Positions 29,833 to 42,941 are shown, counted from the first letter of the stretch. The stretch: DNA of 64,000 nt from an uncultured Verrucomicrobiae bacterium (GCA_963706955.1 CAVPOC010000001.1:64001-128000); one strand, 5' to 3'. The notes: generated by a model from the letters alone, not told the origin. Program-made: numbers and translations.

Positions 29833-30678
29833 ATGGCATTGGAAGATAACGAGACAGGCTTTCAGCTGTATCTGAGAGAGATTGCACAATTTCCGCTGTT
29901 GACTCCTGAACAGGAAGTCAAGCTCGCGCGTCGGATTAAGCGCGGGGATCAAAATGCGCGGTCGGAAATGGTGCGTTCGAACTTGCGTCTCGTGGTCAAG
30001 ATTGCTCGCGACTACGCAAATCTTGGTTTGCCGCTGCTTGATCTTATTTCGGAAGGAAATATTGGCCTGATGAAGGCGGTGGAGCGCTTCGACCCGAAGA
30101 AGGGGGGCAAACTGAGCACGTATGCGGCGTGGTGGATCAAGCAGTCGATCAAGCGGGCTCTCGCGAATCAAAGCAAGACGATTCGGTTGCCGGTTCACTT
30201 GGTGGACAAAATTTCGAAGATGCGCCGGGTGGCGATGCAGATGACTGAAGAACTGGGCCGAGAGCCGACCGATGACGAATTGGCCGAGGAGATTGGCCTT
30301 TCCGCTTCGAAGGTTACACAGTTGAAGAGCGCCGCGGTGCGTCCTGCGTCACTTGATCAGCCGATCGGCGACGATGATTCAACCGAATTCGGCGAGATTG
30401 TGGGCGATGATGAAGCCGACGACCCTTTTGAGACCTTGCGCGACAAAGATCTTCGGGAGGAAGTCGGCGAGCTGCTCGACGTCCTCGATGATCGGGAGCG
30501 CCGGATCATAAACTCCCGATTCGGATTGGATGGTCAGAAGCCAAAGACGCTCGAGGAAGTGGGCGAGAAATTTGGGGTGACGCGCGAGCGAATCCGTCAG
30601 CTGCAGAACATCGCGCTGCACAAGCTTCGCAAGGCGCTTAGCAAGAAAGAGCGCCCAAAGGTCGAAGCCGTCATCTGA
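29833..30678 (+). CDS. Sigma-70 factor of the RpoD/RpoS family (281 aa, no region 1.1)
   Basis: LYLREI..PLLT, SNLRLVVKIA, DLISEGNIGLMKAVERFDP, STYAAWWIKQ, TLEEVG..FGVTRERIRQ. Confidence 0.95.
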   Translation: MALEDNETGFQLYLREIAQFPLLTPEQEVKLARRIKRGDQNARSEMVRSNLRLVVKIARDYANLGLPLLDLISEGNIGLMKAVERFDPKKGGKLSTYAAWWIKQSIKRALANQSKTIRLPVHLVDKISKMRRVAMQMTEELGREPTDDELAEEIGLSASKVTQLKSAAVRPASLDQPIGDDDSTEFGEIVGDDEADDPFETLRDKDLREEVGELLDVLDDRERRIINSRFGLDGQKPKTLEEVGEKFGVTRERIRQLQNIALHKLRKALSKKERPKVEAVI

Positions 30679-30738
30679 TCTCGCGACCAGCGAGGTCAGC
30701 GCCGCCGGGTGATTTTAGCGCCGACCGGGGCTAGAGCT

Positions 30739-32151
30739 GTGAAGAGGGCGCTCGTTTGGTTTCGTCGCGACCTACGAATTACCGACAACACGGCGCTTTG
30801 GGCAGCCGTGAGGCAGGCCGCGGAAGTGGTGCCCGTCTACATTCTCAGCGAATGGAACGGTTCGCATCGTTGGACAGGTGCCAATCGCCAGCAGTTCTTG
30901 TGCGGCTGCTTGTCGTCGCTGGCGCAAGATTTGACGGCGATCGGAGGGTGGTTAACCATTCGCCGAGGAAGGGCGGTCCAGGAACTCGCCACTCTCGCCA
31001 ACGAAATCGGGGCGCAGGCGATCTTTTTCAACCGGGATCCCGATCCGTTTGGACGGCAGATTGAGGGCGAACTTCTTGCGTTTGGCGAGAAGACGGGTGT
31101 CGAGATTGTTGGATTCTCCGACGCGACCGTCCACGAATCGGGCGAAGTCCTCAATTCCTCTGGCGAGCCTTTCCGGGTTTTTACGGCATATGCAAGAGCA
31201 TGGGTGAAAGCAGGGAAGGTCAAGTCGCAGGGTCGAGTTCGGACCATCAAGGTTCCCGAGGGTATTGCTTCGTTGGCCTTGCCGACCTTGGCGACGTGGG
31301 GGTTGCAGCCGGAGGCGGACGTGCTCGAGGCAGGCGAGAAGGCGGCACGCAGCCGGATGAAGCGATTCATCGAACATGGACTGGCCTCGTATGGGCGCCT
31401 GCGAAATTCACTTGCTGGGGATTTTACCTCGCGACTTTCTCAAGACCTTCGTTTCGGACTCCTGTCCATTCGCGAGCTCGTGGAAAGGTGTCAAGAGCGG
31501 GCTGCCCTATTGTCGGCGGGCGTAAGGAAGAATGCCGAGAAATTCATCAGTGAACTCATTTGGCGCGAGTTCTATTTCAGCATCCTCTGGCACTATCCCG
31601 ACGTCCTCGACACGGAATTCAATCCAAAATTCCGCGGAATGAAGTGGCCGGGGACTCGAGTGCATTTTGATCGGTGGCGCGCCGGCGAAACTGGCTTTCC
31701 GATTGTCGACGCGGCCATGCGGCAACTTGCTCAAACGGGCTTTATGCCCAATCGGGCGCGGATGATCGTCGCGATGTTTCTGACCAAGGACCTCCTCGTC
31801 GACTGGAGGCTGGGAGAAAGCTATTTCATGCAGAAACTAACCGACGGCGAAATCGCCAGCAACAACGGTGGGTGGCAATGGAGCGCCGGGACTGGTGCCG
31901 ACGCCGCGCCTTATTTTCGAATCCTGAATCCCTGGACACAAAGTGCGCGCTGCGATCCGGAGGGAGCATATGTAAAACAATGGGTGCCCGAGCTGAGGAG
32001 TATTGCTGCTCAATGCCTGCACCAGTCGCCACCGTCGGGCGAGCGCCTCGCGCCCGATTATCCCGCCCCTTTGGTGGACCACGCGCGGGCTCGTGAGAAG
32101 GCGCTGGAGCTCTTCGCGAAGAACCGGGAGGCATACGCGCCCCGCGTATGA
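30739..32151 (+). CDS. phrB: Deoxyribodipyrimidine (class I CPD-type) photolyase
   Basis: WFRRDLR..DN.AL, TSRLS..L.FG, ELIWREFY, G.TGFPIVDAAMRQL, NNGGWQWSAGTG.DAAPYFRI.NP. Confidence 0.93.
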   Translation: MKRALVWFRRDLRITDNTALWAAVRQAAEVVPVYILSEWNGSHRWTGANRQQFLCGCLSSLAQDLTAIGGWLTIRRGRAVQELATLANEIGAQAIFFNRDPDPFGRQIEGELLAFGEKTGVEIVGFSDATVHESGEVLNSSGEPFRVFTAYARAWVKAGKVKSQGRVRTIKVPEGIASLALPTLATWGLQPEADVLEAGEKAARSRMKRFIEHGLASYGRLRNSLAGDFTSRLSQDLRFGLLSIRELVERCQERAALLSAGVRKNAEKFISELIWREFYFSILWHYPDVLDTEFNPKFRGMKWPGTRVHFDRWRAGETGFPIVDAAMRQLAQTGFMPNRARMIVAMFLTKDLLVDWRLGESYFMQKLTDGEIASNNGGWQWSAGTGADAAPYFRILNPWTQSARCDPEGAYVKQWVPELRSIAAQCLHQSPPSGERLAPDYPAPLVDHARAREKALELFAKNREAYAPRV

Positions 32152-32280
32152 GGTTCCGGCGTCCTCGCCGGACCTGTCTTTTGAACCCTCAGATCGACCA
32201 TGGAAATTGTCTTCGGCCAGCCGCTCCGGCGGCGGCCGGGCAGCTGCCGGACGAGGATTCGCCTCGGCGAATGCGCTACC
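32152..32280. repeat. Cluster of REP-like hairpins between convergent phrB and tilS
   Basis: CCGGCG-TCCT-CGCCGG hairpin at ~32156-32171; minus strand GTAG-CGC-ATTCGCC-GA-GGCGAAT at 32257-32279. Confidence 0.5.
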
Positions 32281-32309
32281 AAGAGTTAGCGACGCCAGTC
32301 TAGCTGTCT

Positions 32310-34522
<2,213 letters not shown>

Positions 34523-34639
34523 ATCGAGAGAAGCAAAAGCAAACTGGTTAGCAGGATTTGCATGATGAACAAGAATGGCCGTGCCGTAAATTATCGCTCT
34601 GGAATCCTTCCAATCTTCCTGTAATTGCTAAATAGCTCT

Positions 34640-35590
34640 ATGCCCGTCCAATTTCGCGACTACTACCAGACTTTAGGCATCTCGAAGAGCGCCACGCAGG
34701 ATGAAATTAAGAGCGCCTTTCGAAAGCTCGCGCGCAAATACCATCCTGACACCGCTCAGGACAAGAAATCGGCTGAAGAGAAATTCAAGGAGATAAACGA
34801 AGCCTATGAGGTCTTGAGCGATCCCGAGAAACGGAAAAAATACGACGAATACGGCGCCAACTGGCAGCAGGGCGGCTTTCAGCCTCCGCCTGGGCAAGGC
34901 AATACCTGGGGGGAATTCTCTGGCCGCCCTGGTGACGGCGGAATGGAGTTCCATTTCGGAGGGACGGGATTCAGCGACTTTTTCGAGCAGCTGTTTGGTT
35001 CAAGACGCCAGCGCGGTCGGGGGTTTGGGGAGGAAAGTTTTGGCGAGATTCCGATGCAGGGCCAGGATGCCGAGGCCGATATCCTGGTAGCCCTCGAAGA
35101 GGCACTGCACGGCTCGACGCGGCAGATTTCTTTTCGTCGTGGAGCTTCCGGGAAGGCCCAAACCTACACCGTTAAAATTCCCAAGGGCGTGCGCGAGGGA
35201 CAGCGCATCCGCCTGGCGGGGCTGGGAGAAGAGGGTGGGGGAGGCGGTCACGCCGGTGATTTGTACCTGAGGATCAAACTCGAGAAGCATCCCGACTTCG
35301 AAGTTCAGGATAGCGATCTCTTCTATGATCTCGAAGTTCCGGCTTGGCAGGCGGTCTTGGGTGGTGATGTCGAGATTCCCACCCTTGATGGCCGAGCGAA
35401 ACTCCACCTCCCTCCAGGTGCGCAGAGTGGCCAAAAATTCCGGCTTACTGGGCGGGGTCTTGCCCAGAAGGGAGGCGGACGGGGAAACTTTTATGCGGTT
35501 CTTCGGCCGACGCTACCCCGCGACATCAGCCAGCGGGAGAGAGAGCTTTGGCAAGAAATCGCCTCCCTGGAGCAAAAACATAATCGCTGA
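34640..35590 (+). CDS. cbpA: DnaJ-class chaperone without Zn finger (CbpA-like)
   Basis: J domain with [14 protein letters not shown], DnaJ_C domain; no CxxCxGxG repeats. Confidence 0.88.
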   Translation: MPVQFRDYYQTLGISKSATQDEIKSAFRKLARKYHPDTAQDKKSAEEKFKEINEAYEVLSDPEKRKKYDEYGANWQQGGFQPPPGQGNTWGEFSGRPGDGGMEFHFGGTGFSDFFEQLFGSRRQRGRGFGEESFGEIPMQGQDAEADILVALEEALHGSTRQISFRRGASGKAQTYTVKIPKGVREGQRIRLAGLGEEGGGGGHAGDLYLRIKLEKHPDFEVQDSDLFYDLEVPAWQAVLGGDVEIPTLDGRAKLHLPPGAQSGQKFRLTGRGLAQKGGGRGNFYAVLRPTLPRDISQRERELWQEIASLEQKHNR

Positions 35591-35644
35591 TGTCTCTTGC
35601 AGCATTCCTCGCAATCATCGCCGAAAAGCTCGCTCTTGGCTTGT

Positions 35645-35704
35645 TGTAGCGACGATGTCCTCATCGTCGAAAGGTTCGTTGGCGGCGGGGACGCCGTCGC
35701 GACA
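35645..35704. repeat. Inverted REP doublet (REPIN/BIME-like)
   Basis: TGTAG-CGACGATG-TCCT-CATCGTCG, a 10-bp spacer, then an inverted copy reading TGTCG-CGACGGCG-TCCC-CGCCGCCA on the minus strand. Confidence 0.7.
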
Positions 35705-35730
35705 ATACCGTTGTCCTCTAAGAATCGACT

Positions 35731-37720
35731 CTAGCTGGCGTCTGGCAGGATTTCCTTGGTGAGACGGTCAACTCCCTGTCGTGCGAAGTCACTGGGAGGG
35801 TAGACTTTCTGGGCTTTGAGGTACCACGCGAGGCTCGAGCCCGGCTGTTTTTTCTGTTCCAGTTCCTCGGCCTCCCGAATGGCGTGGACGAAATCGGCGG
35901 CTTTCGTTGTCAGGTTCGCGCGGACCTGGTTTAGCTTGTTGTCATCGGGGAAATTGCGGAATGCTTTTTCCGCGCTTTCCCACGCTCCCGCATAGTCGCC
36001 GCGCTTTTCGATTTCCTGAGCTTGAATGAGCGCTGTTTCGATGACCTGCATGTCTTCGAGGACCTTGCGAAGTTGCTCTTGCTTTTCCGGATACATGGCG
36101 GTCGCGGCGATAAAGCGCATCCTGTCCTCGTAGATTTGCCGGTAATTCTTTTGGCTGACCAGTTGGTCAAAATCAACCATCGCCCGCGATTGCACATCCG
36201 CCTGAGAGAAGATCACTTTGGAGACTTCGGTCAGCGAGGGATTGCGGGGCCATATTTCCGTGGCGGCTTTTAGCTCGGCTTCGAGAGTGTTCTTGTCACC
36301 GCTTACGGCAGCGTTGCGTGCCTTGGCGATGTGCATGGCAGAGATCTGTTTCGCGGTCTCAATGGCTGCCATTGGTTTGGAGGCGTCAAAATCCTTCGCT
36401 GTTTCCCCCAGCTCGGCGACGATCTTTTCGGCGAGGGCGTAGTCCTTGACCTCGATGGCGCTGATTAGTTGATTCGACTTGTGGACGAACGCGAGAGCCT
36501 TGCGTTTGTCTTCCCGGTCAAGCGTGCGCACATCGGGAAGGTACTCTCCGAGCATAAAGGTTTCGGCGAGCCGCTTGGTTGCGCTTTCCAGCTCGTTTTT
36601 CTCAAGCAAAAACCTGAACGCCTGGATGCCTTCACGGACGTCACGCATGATCTCGTTGGCCAAAGAATCGATCGTTCCCATATTTGGAGGAAGGCCGCTC
36701 GTTTTAGCGAAAAGACTTTTTGCATCCTCACCGATGCGCAGCTGGCTGTCGCCATCTGCAAAGATGTTGCGATAGAAGCGCGTGCCGATAACCGCATGCT
36801 GAAAACGCCTCTGCAGGAAGTGCTGCACAATGAGGGACTGGAAGTCGATCTTGACCTGGAGTTCAGCCACTTCACGTTTGAGCTGGTTTGCTCGAATGAG
36901 CGCGTTGACCTCCGCGAGCCGTGTGACGATGGGCTGCATCTGCATGTCGCGACTAAGCTGCTGCTGTTGCTGCTGCGGATTCGGGCCTCCTCCTCCATCT
37001 TTCGACTTGCTCGACCCGCCGCCGCCCTCGAGCTTTGTTCCCTCCGCCGTTATGCGCGCGTTCCATTCGAGGCGCTTTCGTTCGTCCTCGAGACTCTTGC
37101 TGGCGGCGTTTAGGCGGTCATTACTCTTGCGGGCCAACCACGCGGAGTAGACCTGGCTCGCGATGGAATCGCAAAGATGTGCGTCCTGTTCAAATCGCGA
37201 GGCCTTTGCCAAAAACTGGAAGGCCTGATCGGTCGACTGAGGGGTCACCTTGCCAGGCGCAAGCTTGTCCATGATTTGAGCAAGCAGAGCCTGATATTCG
37301 CTATCGGATTCGGTGGTGGCTGCCGGCGCGTTCAGATATTTCTCAAAACGAGCCTGGAAGAGTGCATTATTGTTAATGCTCCAGTTCTTGCCATCCCAGC
37401 TGGCGATGTTGCTCCCCGGGTCGAAGAACGGAACGTCTTTGCCCAGAAAATTCGAACCACCACCGGGCGCGGCCGATTGCGATTGTCCACCCGACCCCTG
37501 CGCCGGAGCACCGCCGCCCTGTGCTGGCGCTGGTTTCGATGGAACTGCCAGTGTGGGTTGGAGGACGTTTTGGACCGGCTGCTGAGGAGCAGCTTGCTGC
37601 TGGGGGGCAGCTTGTTGCCGCGGGGCCTGTTGTGGAGGGGCAGAAGGTTCCGTCCGGTGGATTTTCCTGGGCAGCCACCAGCGCTGCGGAGCTTAACAAA
37701 GCAGAGAGAACGCGTTTCAT
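35731..37720 (-). CDS. Secreted all-helical (TPR-like) hypothetical protein, ~660 aa (frameshift near 37654)
   Basis: Signal MKRVLSALLSSAALVAA. Removing one G joins it via a Q/P/A-rich linker (QAAPQQ x2) and FLGKDVPFFDPGS..WDGKNW in frame to the 513-aa ORF. Confidence 0.7.
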
Positions 37721-38115
37721 GATTTCGTCATGTCTTTGGTGCGCAATATACCTTTGTCATCGACCTCCAGCAGAAAAATAAATCGTTGGCCCCTTTGGAT
37801 GTTGATGTGGCTGAAATCCGTGGTGACCAACACGGGGACGACTTGACTGCCATTGTCCACACCGACGGCGATTAAGCGGCCTTTGGTTGGCGACCATCCC
37901 AGGGAATTCAGCACCTCGCCCTGCAGCCTATAGACATTTCCTCGCAAGCTATTGGCGTTCTCCAAGTACGTCGCCACATCCAGCGGCGTGGCCGTCCGAA
38001 ACGGTTGCGAGCTCGTCGTGATAAAGAAGCGGGAGCCAAGAAATGCCGCCACGATCAGAACAATGGCCACGACGATTCCCAAGGGGAGTCGGGATTTCTT
38101 ACTGCGCCGCGCCAC
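37717..38115 (-). CDS. Membrane-anchored hypothetical protein, OB-fold-like (132 aa)
   Basis: Basic N-terminus plus TM, then LRGNVYRLQGEV...NIQRGQRFIFLLEV; 4-bp overlap with the downstream gene. Confidence 0.7.
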   Translation of the reverse strand: MARRSKKSRLPLGIVVAIVLIVAAFLGSRFFITTSSQPFRTATPLDVATYLENANSLRGNVYRLQGEVLNSLGWSPTKGRLIAVGVDNGSQVVPVLVTTDFSHINIQRGQRFIFLLEVDDKGILRTKDMTKS

Positions 38116-38179
38116 GCTCCTGATTACCTTTTCCTTAGGCCTAACATCAACCGGAAACTATAAGCGAGTTTTGGCGTTG

Positions 38180-38557
38180 CTAAAACGGCGCGTCGCTTCC
38201 CGGGCCCACAACTTCGTAAGCCAAGTCTTGGAAGTAGCGTCGGACACGTTCCGCTTGATCGCCTTGAATCTCGATCTCTCTCCCGCGAACGGCACCCCCG
38301 CAAGCAAGATGGCGGCGGACGCCGCGCGCCAACTCCTCGAGTTCGAAAATTGAAAGATGCGGCGGCAGTTGGCTGACCACGATCACGGTCTTCCCTCCGC
38401 GCTGGGCCCGTTCTCGCCTCAAGACAATCCGAAATTTTTTCTTTGCACTTAAGGGAGCCGAATCTGCCGGAACCTCCGGCAAACCGACGCTGCTAAGAGT
38501 AGAAAACGGGGATTGCAGAGGCTGCTGCGGCGCTGAGATGGGGATCTTCTTGCTCAT
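38180..38557 (-). CDS. yciH: Translation initiation factor SUI1/eIF1-like protein
   Basis: RGGKTVIVV, LACGGAV, IEIQGD. Confidence 0.85.
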   Translation of the reverse strand: MSKKIPISAPQQPLQSPFSTLSSVGLPEVPADSAPLSAKKKFRIVLRRERAQRGGKTVIVVSQLPPHLSIFELEELARGVRRHLACGGAVRGREIEIQGDQAERVRRYFQDLAYEVVGPGSDAPF

Positions 38558-38592
38558 CGGCTCTGAGTCTCAGCACTAGTTTGGCACGGCTC

Positions 38593-40424
38593 TTAGGACC
38601 GTTCAGCTGCAGGGGCCACCCGCGCGGCGGCACGTTTGCGCGCCGTCGCATCGAGAATCTTCTTTCGCAGGCGCAACGACTTTGGGGTGGCCTCCACGTA
38701 TTCGTCGGGCGCAATGAATTCGATCGATCGCTCCAGGCTCATGATTACAGGGGGCGCCAGCGAGATGCCTTTGCCATCACCCTGGCTTCGCATATTGGTT
38801 AGTTTTTTCGCCTTGCAGGGATTCACCGGCATGTCGTCGGGGCGAGAATTTTCGCCGACGATCATTCCCTCATAAATCTCCTCCTGGGGGCCTATGAAGA
38901 GTCTGCCGCGCTCCTGAATGGAGTCGAGGGCGTAAGCCATGCTGATCCCGGCTTCCATTGAAACGAGCACGCCCCTGCCTCGACTCGGGATCTCACCCCT
39001 GTAGGGCGCCATATTCCTTGAAGAGATGGCTGGCGATGCCATGCCCTTTGGTGAGGTTCACAAGATCAGTTTCGAAGCCGATCAGTCCACGCGTCGGGAT
39101 GATCGCTTCCACAAGCACGGTATGGGGATTGTGTTGCATGGCAGCAATCTCAGCCTTCCGGCTGGCCAGCGATTGAAGAATGTCGCCCAAATTCTCGGCA
39201 GGCACGTCAACATAGACGGTCTCGAGGGGCTCCAGGAGAGAGCCATCCTCGGCGTGTTCGTAGATCACCTCTGGACGTGAGACGAGAATCTCAAATCCTT
39301 CCCGTCGCATTTGTTCTACCAGAATGGCTATCTGCATCTCGCCGCGGGCCTTCACCTCGAAATGGCCGGCCGTTTCGGTCTCCGTAACCTGCAAGGAAAC
39401 GTTCGTGCGTGTTTCCCGAACGAGACGATCTTTAATCTGGCGCGCGGTGAGGAGCTTTCCCTCGCGCCCCGCGAGCGGCGAATCATTGACGCAGAGCCTC
39501 ATGGTTATCGTCGGCGGATCGATATGGATGAAGGGAAGCGCCTCGCGGTCTTCGGAATCGGTGATTGTCTCGCCAATAAAGACGTTCTCGAAACCGGAGA
39601 TTCCCACGATGTCGCCTTCGCTCGCGCTCTCGACTTGAACCTTGTCAAGTCCTTCATGGCTGAAGACCGCCGTGACATTCGCCCGCGTCTTCTTCCCGCT
39701 TGTGTGAAAGCAAACGACGCTTTGCCCGACCGCCACGCGACCGCTGACGATTCGCCCATAGGCGATCCGGCCGAGGTAATCGCTATAGTCGAGATTGGAC
39801 ACGAGGAATTGCAGATAGTCGACATCGGACTTCTTCGGCGGCCGGAATGTGCCAGGCGATGGCCTCATAGAGCGGAAGCATTGTCTGGCTGGGATCGACC
39901 AGCTCCCGCTTCGCAAAGCCCTGCTTCGCACTTGCGTAAATATGCGGAAAGTCGAGCTGCTCATCCGTCGCATTGAGCTCGAGAAACAGCTCGAAGACCA
40001 TGTCGAGCACTTTGTGCGGGCGGGCATTCTCCCGGTCGATCTTGTTGATCACGACCACTGGCTTCAGGCCGTTTTCCATGGCTTTCCGCAAAACAAACTT
40101 CGTTTGCGCCTGCGGTCCGTCGTGAGCATCCACGACCAGAAGGACGCCATTAACCATCTTCATGATCCGCTCGACCTCCCCTCCAAAATCAGCGTGTCCG
40201 GGAGTATCGACGATATTCACATGATAACCGTTCCAGCGAAAAGCCGCGTTTTTTGCGCGAATGGTTATGCCCTTTTCTCTTTCGAGATCCATGGAATCCA
40301 TCACCCGCTCGTCAACCTTCTGGTTTGCGCGAAATGTCCCCGACTGCTTGAGCAGTTGGTCCACGAGTGTCGTCTTGCCGTGGTCCACGTGCGCAATGAT
40401 GGCTATGTTACGAATGTTCTCCAT
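38593..40424 (-). CDS. typA: Translational GTPase TypA/BipA (frameshifts near 39840 and 39009)
   Basis: [69 protein letters not shown]. Confidence 0.97.
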
Positions 40425-40490
40425 GTGCTCCGCTCGGCGAGGCCGTGAACTATGGGTGCGGTCCCCCGCGGTGTCAACAGGAGCGCCGCA

Positions 40491-40904
40491 TCAAGCTTCC
40501 ACGAGCACTTCCGAACTGGCGATCGCTTCAATCAAGAGCCACGCGCCCGGGCGGAACCACCGGAACTCTCCGGAGGAAAGAACGACATCTTCGCCGCCGC
40601 CATCGGCGGTGATCCAAACGCTGCCGGCCCCACAGGTGATTCTGCCCCCCTTCGGAAGATGCGCGCTCTCCACCATCCCTTTTCGAAGCTGATGCAAACC
40701 GTTGACCAAGGTCGACTCGGTGTTCCTCCGCGCCACGCTCCGAGCCAACCGAATCGCCCGCTGCATCAACCCTTCGCCAGGGATCACGGTTGGTGAGAGT
40801 TTGGGAGTGCGAGTAAGTTCGGCGATGGCCGCGGAAACGCCGCTCCTTCCCTTGGCGCCGGATGCCAATGTCTGCCGCCCATCGTTGAAAACAGCTTCGG
40901 TCAT
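40491..40904 (-). CDS. DUF2917-like small cupin protein
   Basis: C-terminal ITC..GSVWIT..G..EDVVL..GE.......LLIEA; divergent from a MocR regulator. Confidence 0.7.
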   Translation of the reverse strand: MTEAVFNDGRQTLASGAKGRSGVSAAIAELTRTPKLSPTVIPGEGLMQRAIRLARSVARRNTESTLVNGLHQLRKGMVESAHLPKGGRITCGAGSVWITADGGGEDVVLSSGEFRWFRPGAWLLIEAIASSEVLVEA

Positions 40905-40936
40905 AAAGTGGATTTTCGCACCAGTTCGCAGAAATA

Positions 40937-41053
40937 ACAGATTCAGAGAATCAAATTTATATCCTGTACAGATGTGCTGAACGCCGCATCTGTTATGTCT
41001 CAAAGAAGTCGCATCTGTGTATAGCCGCGCTCGAGCAGCTGTGTTATTCTGTG
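40937..41053. promoter_or_regulatory. Array of ATCTGT/ACAGAT direct and inverted repeats (candidate MocR operators)
   Basis: ACAGAT at 40937 and 40968; CGCATCTGT at 40985 and 41010; AGCTGT at 41037; inverted pair ACAGATG-N12-CATCTGT. Confidence 0.55.
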
Positions 41054-41061
41054 CAGTGAGA

Positions 41062-42483
41062 ATGTTAGAGGAAAAGCCACTGTACTTGCAGGTAGCCGAC
41101 AATGTCGCCGACCTGATCACCATGGGCAGCCTGAGGGCTGGAGATCGCGTTCCGTCGGTCCGGCGCTTGAGCGGTCAGCAGAACGTCAGCATTCCCACCG
41201 TGTTGCAGGCTTATATGGTTTTGGAAAATCGACGCATGATCGAGGCGCGGCCCAAATCGGGCTTCTTCGTCAAGCCAAGGCTTTCCGACGCGCTGGCCGA
41301 ACCCGTTGCATCGGCACGGACGTCGAAGGTGCCCTGGGCCGATTTTCACCCCTCCATTCCAATTGTTCGTGATCTGGTCAATCCCGACTTGGTGCCCCTT
41401 GGCGGAGCGATTCCCAGCCCGGAATTACTCCCCGGCGCGAAGCTCGCCCGTATCGTCGGGAAGCTGGCCCGAGAGCAGACCGCGGAAACGATCAACTACG
41501 ATCCGGTGCCAGGCTGCCTTAAACTGCGCCGTGAGATTAGCCGGCGCTCGTTGGATTGGGGCTGCCACTTGAGCAGCGAAGAACTGTTGATCGTCAATGG
41601 CGCGACCGAGGGCGTCCATCTTGCCTTGCGAGCGATCACCAAGCCGGGCGATACAGTTCTCATCGAGTCACCGACCTATTATGGTCTCGTTCACATCCTC
41701 AATCAGATCGGACTGAAAGCGGTCGCCGTGCCAGCTTCGGCCCGCGAGGGGTTGAGTATCGAGGAAACCGAGCGTGCGCTCAGCCGAAATAAGGTTGCCG
41801 CCATGACTTTGATTCCGAGCTTTAACAACCCGCTGGGGAGTTTGATGCCCGAGGAGAATCGCCTCGCTCTTTTACACCTCGCCAAGCGACACGGGGTTCC
41901 GATCATCGAAGACGACATCTACGGAGACCTTCAGCATGACGGCACCCGGCCGCGTTGTCTCAAGGCTCTCGACAAGGACAATCTGGTGATCCTTTGCGGC
42001 TCCTTTTCTAAGACGCTCGCTCCAGGCTATCGCATCGGCTACATCTCGCCGGGCCGCTTTTACGACAAGGTGGTCGAGCTCAAAATCGCCACGAATTGGG
42101 GAGGCGCCGCGCTGCCCGCCTTGGCAGTGGCCGAATTTCTCCGTAATGGCGGATACGATAACCATCTCCGCAGAATTCGTCGGACCTATCGAGAGCAGGT
42201 CCAGAAGATGCGCGAGGCGATCGCGACAGGATTTCCCAAGCCACTCCGAATCAGTAACCCGCAAGGCGGCTTTGTGCTCTGGGTCGAGCTCCCTGCCACC
42301 ATCGATGCCATGCAACTCTGCGCGGAGGCTCGCAAGGTCGGGATCAGCATCGCACCAGGCCCGATCTTCTCGCCGGTCGGCGACTTCCGCAATTACATCC
42401 GCCTGAGCTGCGGCTTTCCCTGGACCAGCAAAATCGAACGCGCCATCGGTGTCCTGGGGCGCCTGGCTGCGCGGCTGGCTTGA
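41062..42483 (+). CDS. MocR/GabR-family regulator (GntR wHTH plus PLP aminotransferase domain)
   Basis: PSVR.L....VS..TV.QAY..LE HTH; ESPTY, NNPLG, IIEDDIYG, SFSKTLAPG.RIG. Confidence 0.95.
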   Translation: MLEEKPLYLQVADNVADLITMGSLRAGDRVPSVRRLSGQQNVSIPTVLQAYMVLENRRMIEARPKSGFFVKPRLSDALAEPVASARTSKVPWADFHPSIPIVRDLVNPDLVPLGGAIPSPELLPGAKLARIVGKLAREQTAETINYDPVPGCLKLRREISRRSLDWGCHLSSEELLIVNGATEGVHLALRAITKPGDTVLIESPTYYGLVHILNQIGLKAVAVPASAREGLSIEETERALSRNKVAAMTLIPSFNNPLGSLMPEENRLALLHLAKRHGVPIIEDDIYGDLQHDGTRPRCLKALDKDNLVILCGSFSKTLAPGYRIGYISPGRFYDKVVELKIATNWGGAALPALAVAEFLRNGGYDNHLRRIRRTYREQVQKMREAIATGFPKPLRISNPQGGFVLWVELPATIDAMQLCAEARKVGISIAPGPIFSPVGDFRNYIRLSCGFPWTSKIERAIGVLGRLAARLA

Positions 42484-42516
42484 TCCTCGATCTCCACGTC
42501 GTCGCGGGGGTAATCT

Positions 42517-42632
42517 GGAGCAGCGATCTCCTCATCGTCGAAGGCCCTTGAAGCGTGATCGTCCTCACGGTCGCGGGCGGCCGGCGGGGGGCCCACCACC
42601 TCGGTGCGCCAGGCGGGGACACGCCGCGACAT
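42517..42632. repeat. Degenerate REP copies
   Basis: GGAGCAGCGATCTCCTCATCGTCGAAGG resembles 35646-35674; minus strand TGTCGCGGCGTGTCCCCGCC resembles the right copy at 35680-35704. Confidence 0.45.
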
Positions 42633-42941
42633 TGTTCTGATACCGCCGAGCAGTTTCTCCGTGAATATGAACAGCGTTCATGTTTTCGATGAAGGGATGA
42701 TGTGGCGTTTCCAAGCGAGCGCGGGATGTCTATGCGTCCGCCTTGGGTTTCGTGTGTTCGACTGGATGTGGATAATTGCTCACTGAACTGTGTATCTTTG
42801 CACAGAAATCGCCTCTCGTCGGATCCCCACTCCCAAAGCTTCACAAATCTCAGCGTCCCGGCAGACCAATCACGGTCTTTGCAAATCATGAATTACGTTC
42901 ATCGAAGTGTTATCGAGTGGGAGAGCGGCTGGGTCTCTAAT

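Noticed and set aside
37575..37620. 18-bp tandem repeat
   Set aside because: It encodes a QAAPQQ low-complexity linker within a CDS; it is not a CRISPR array or mobile repeat.
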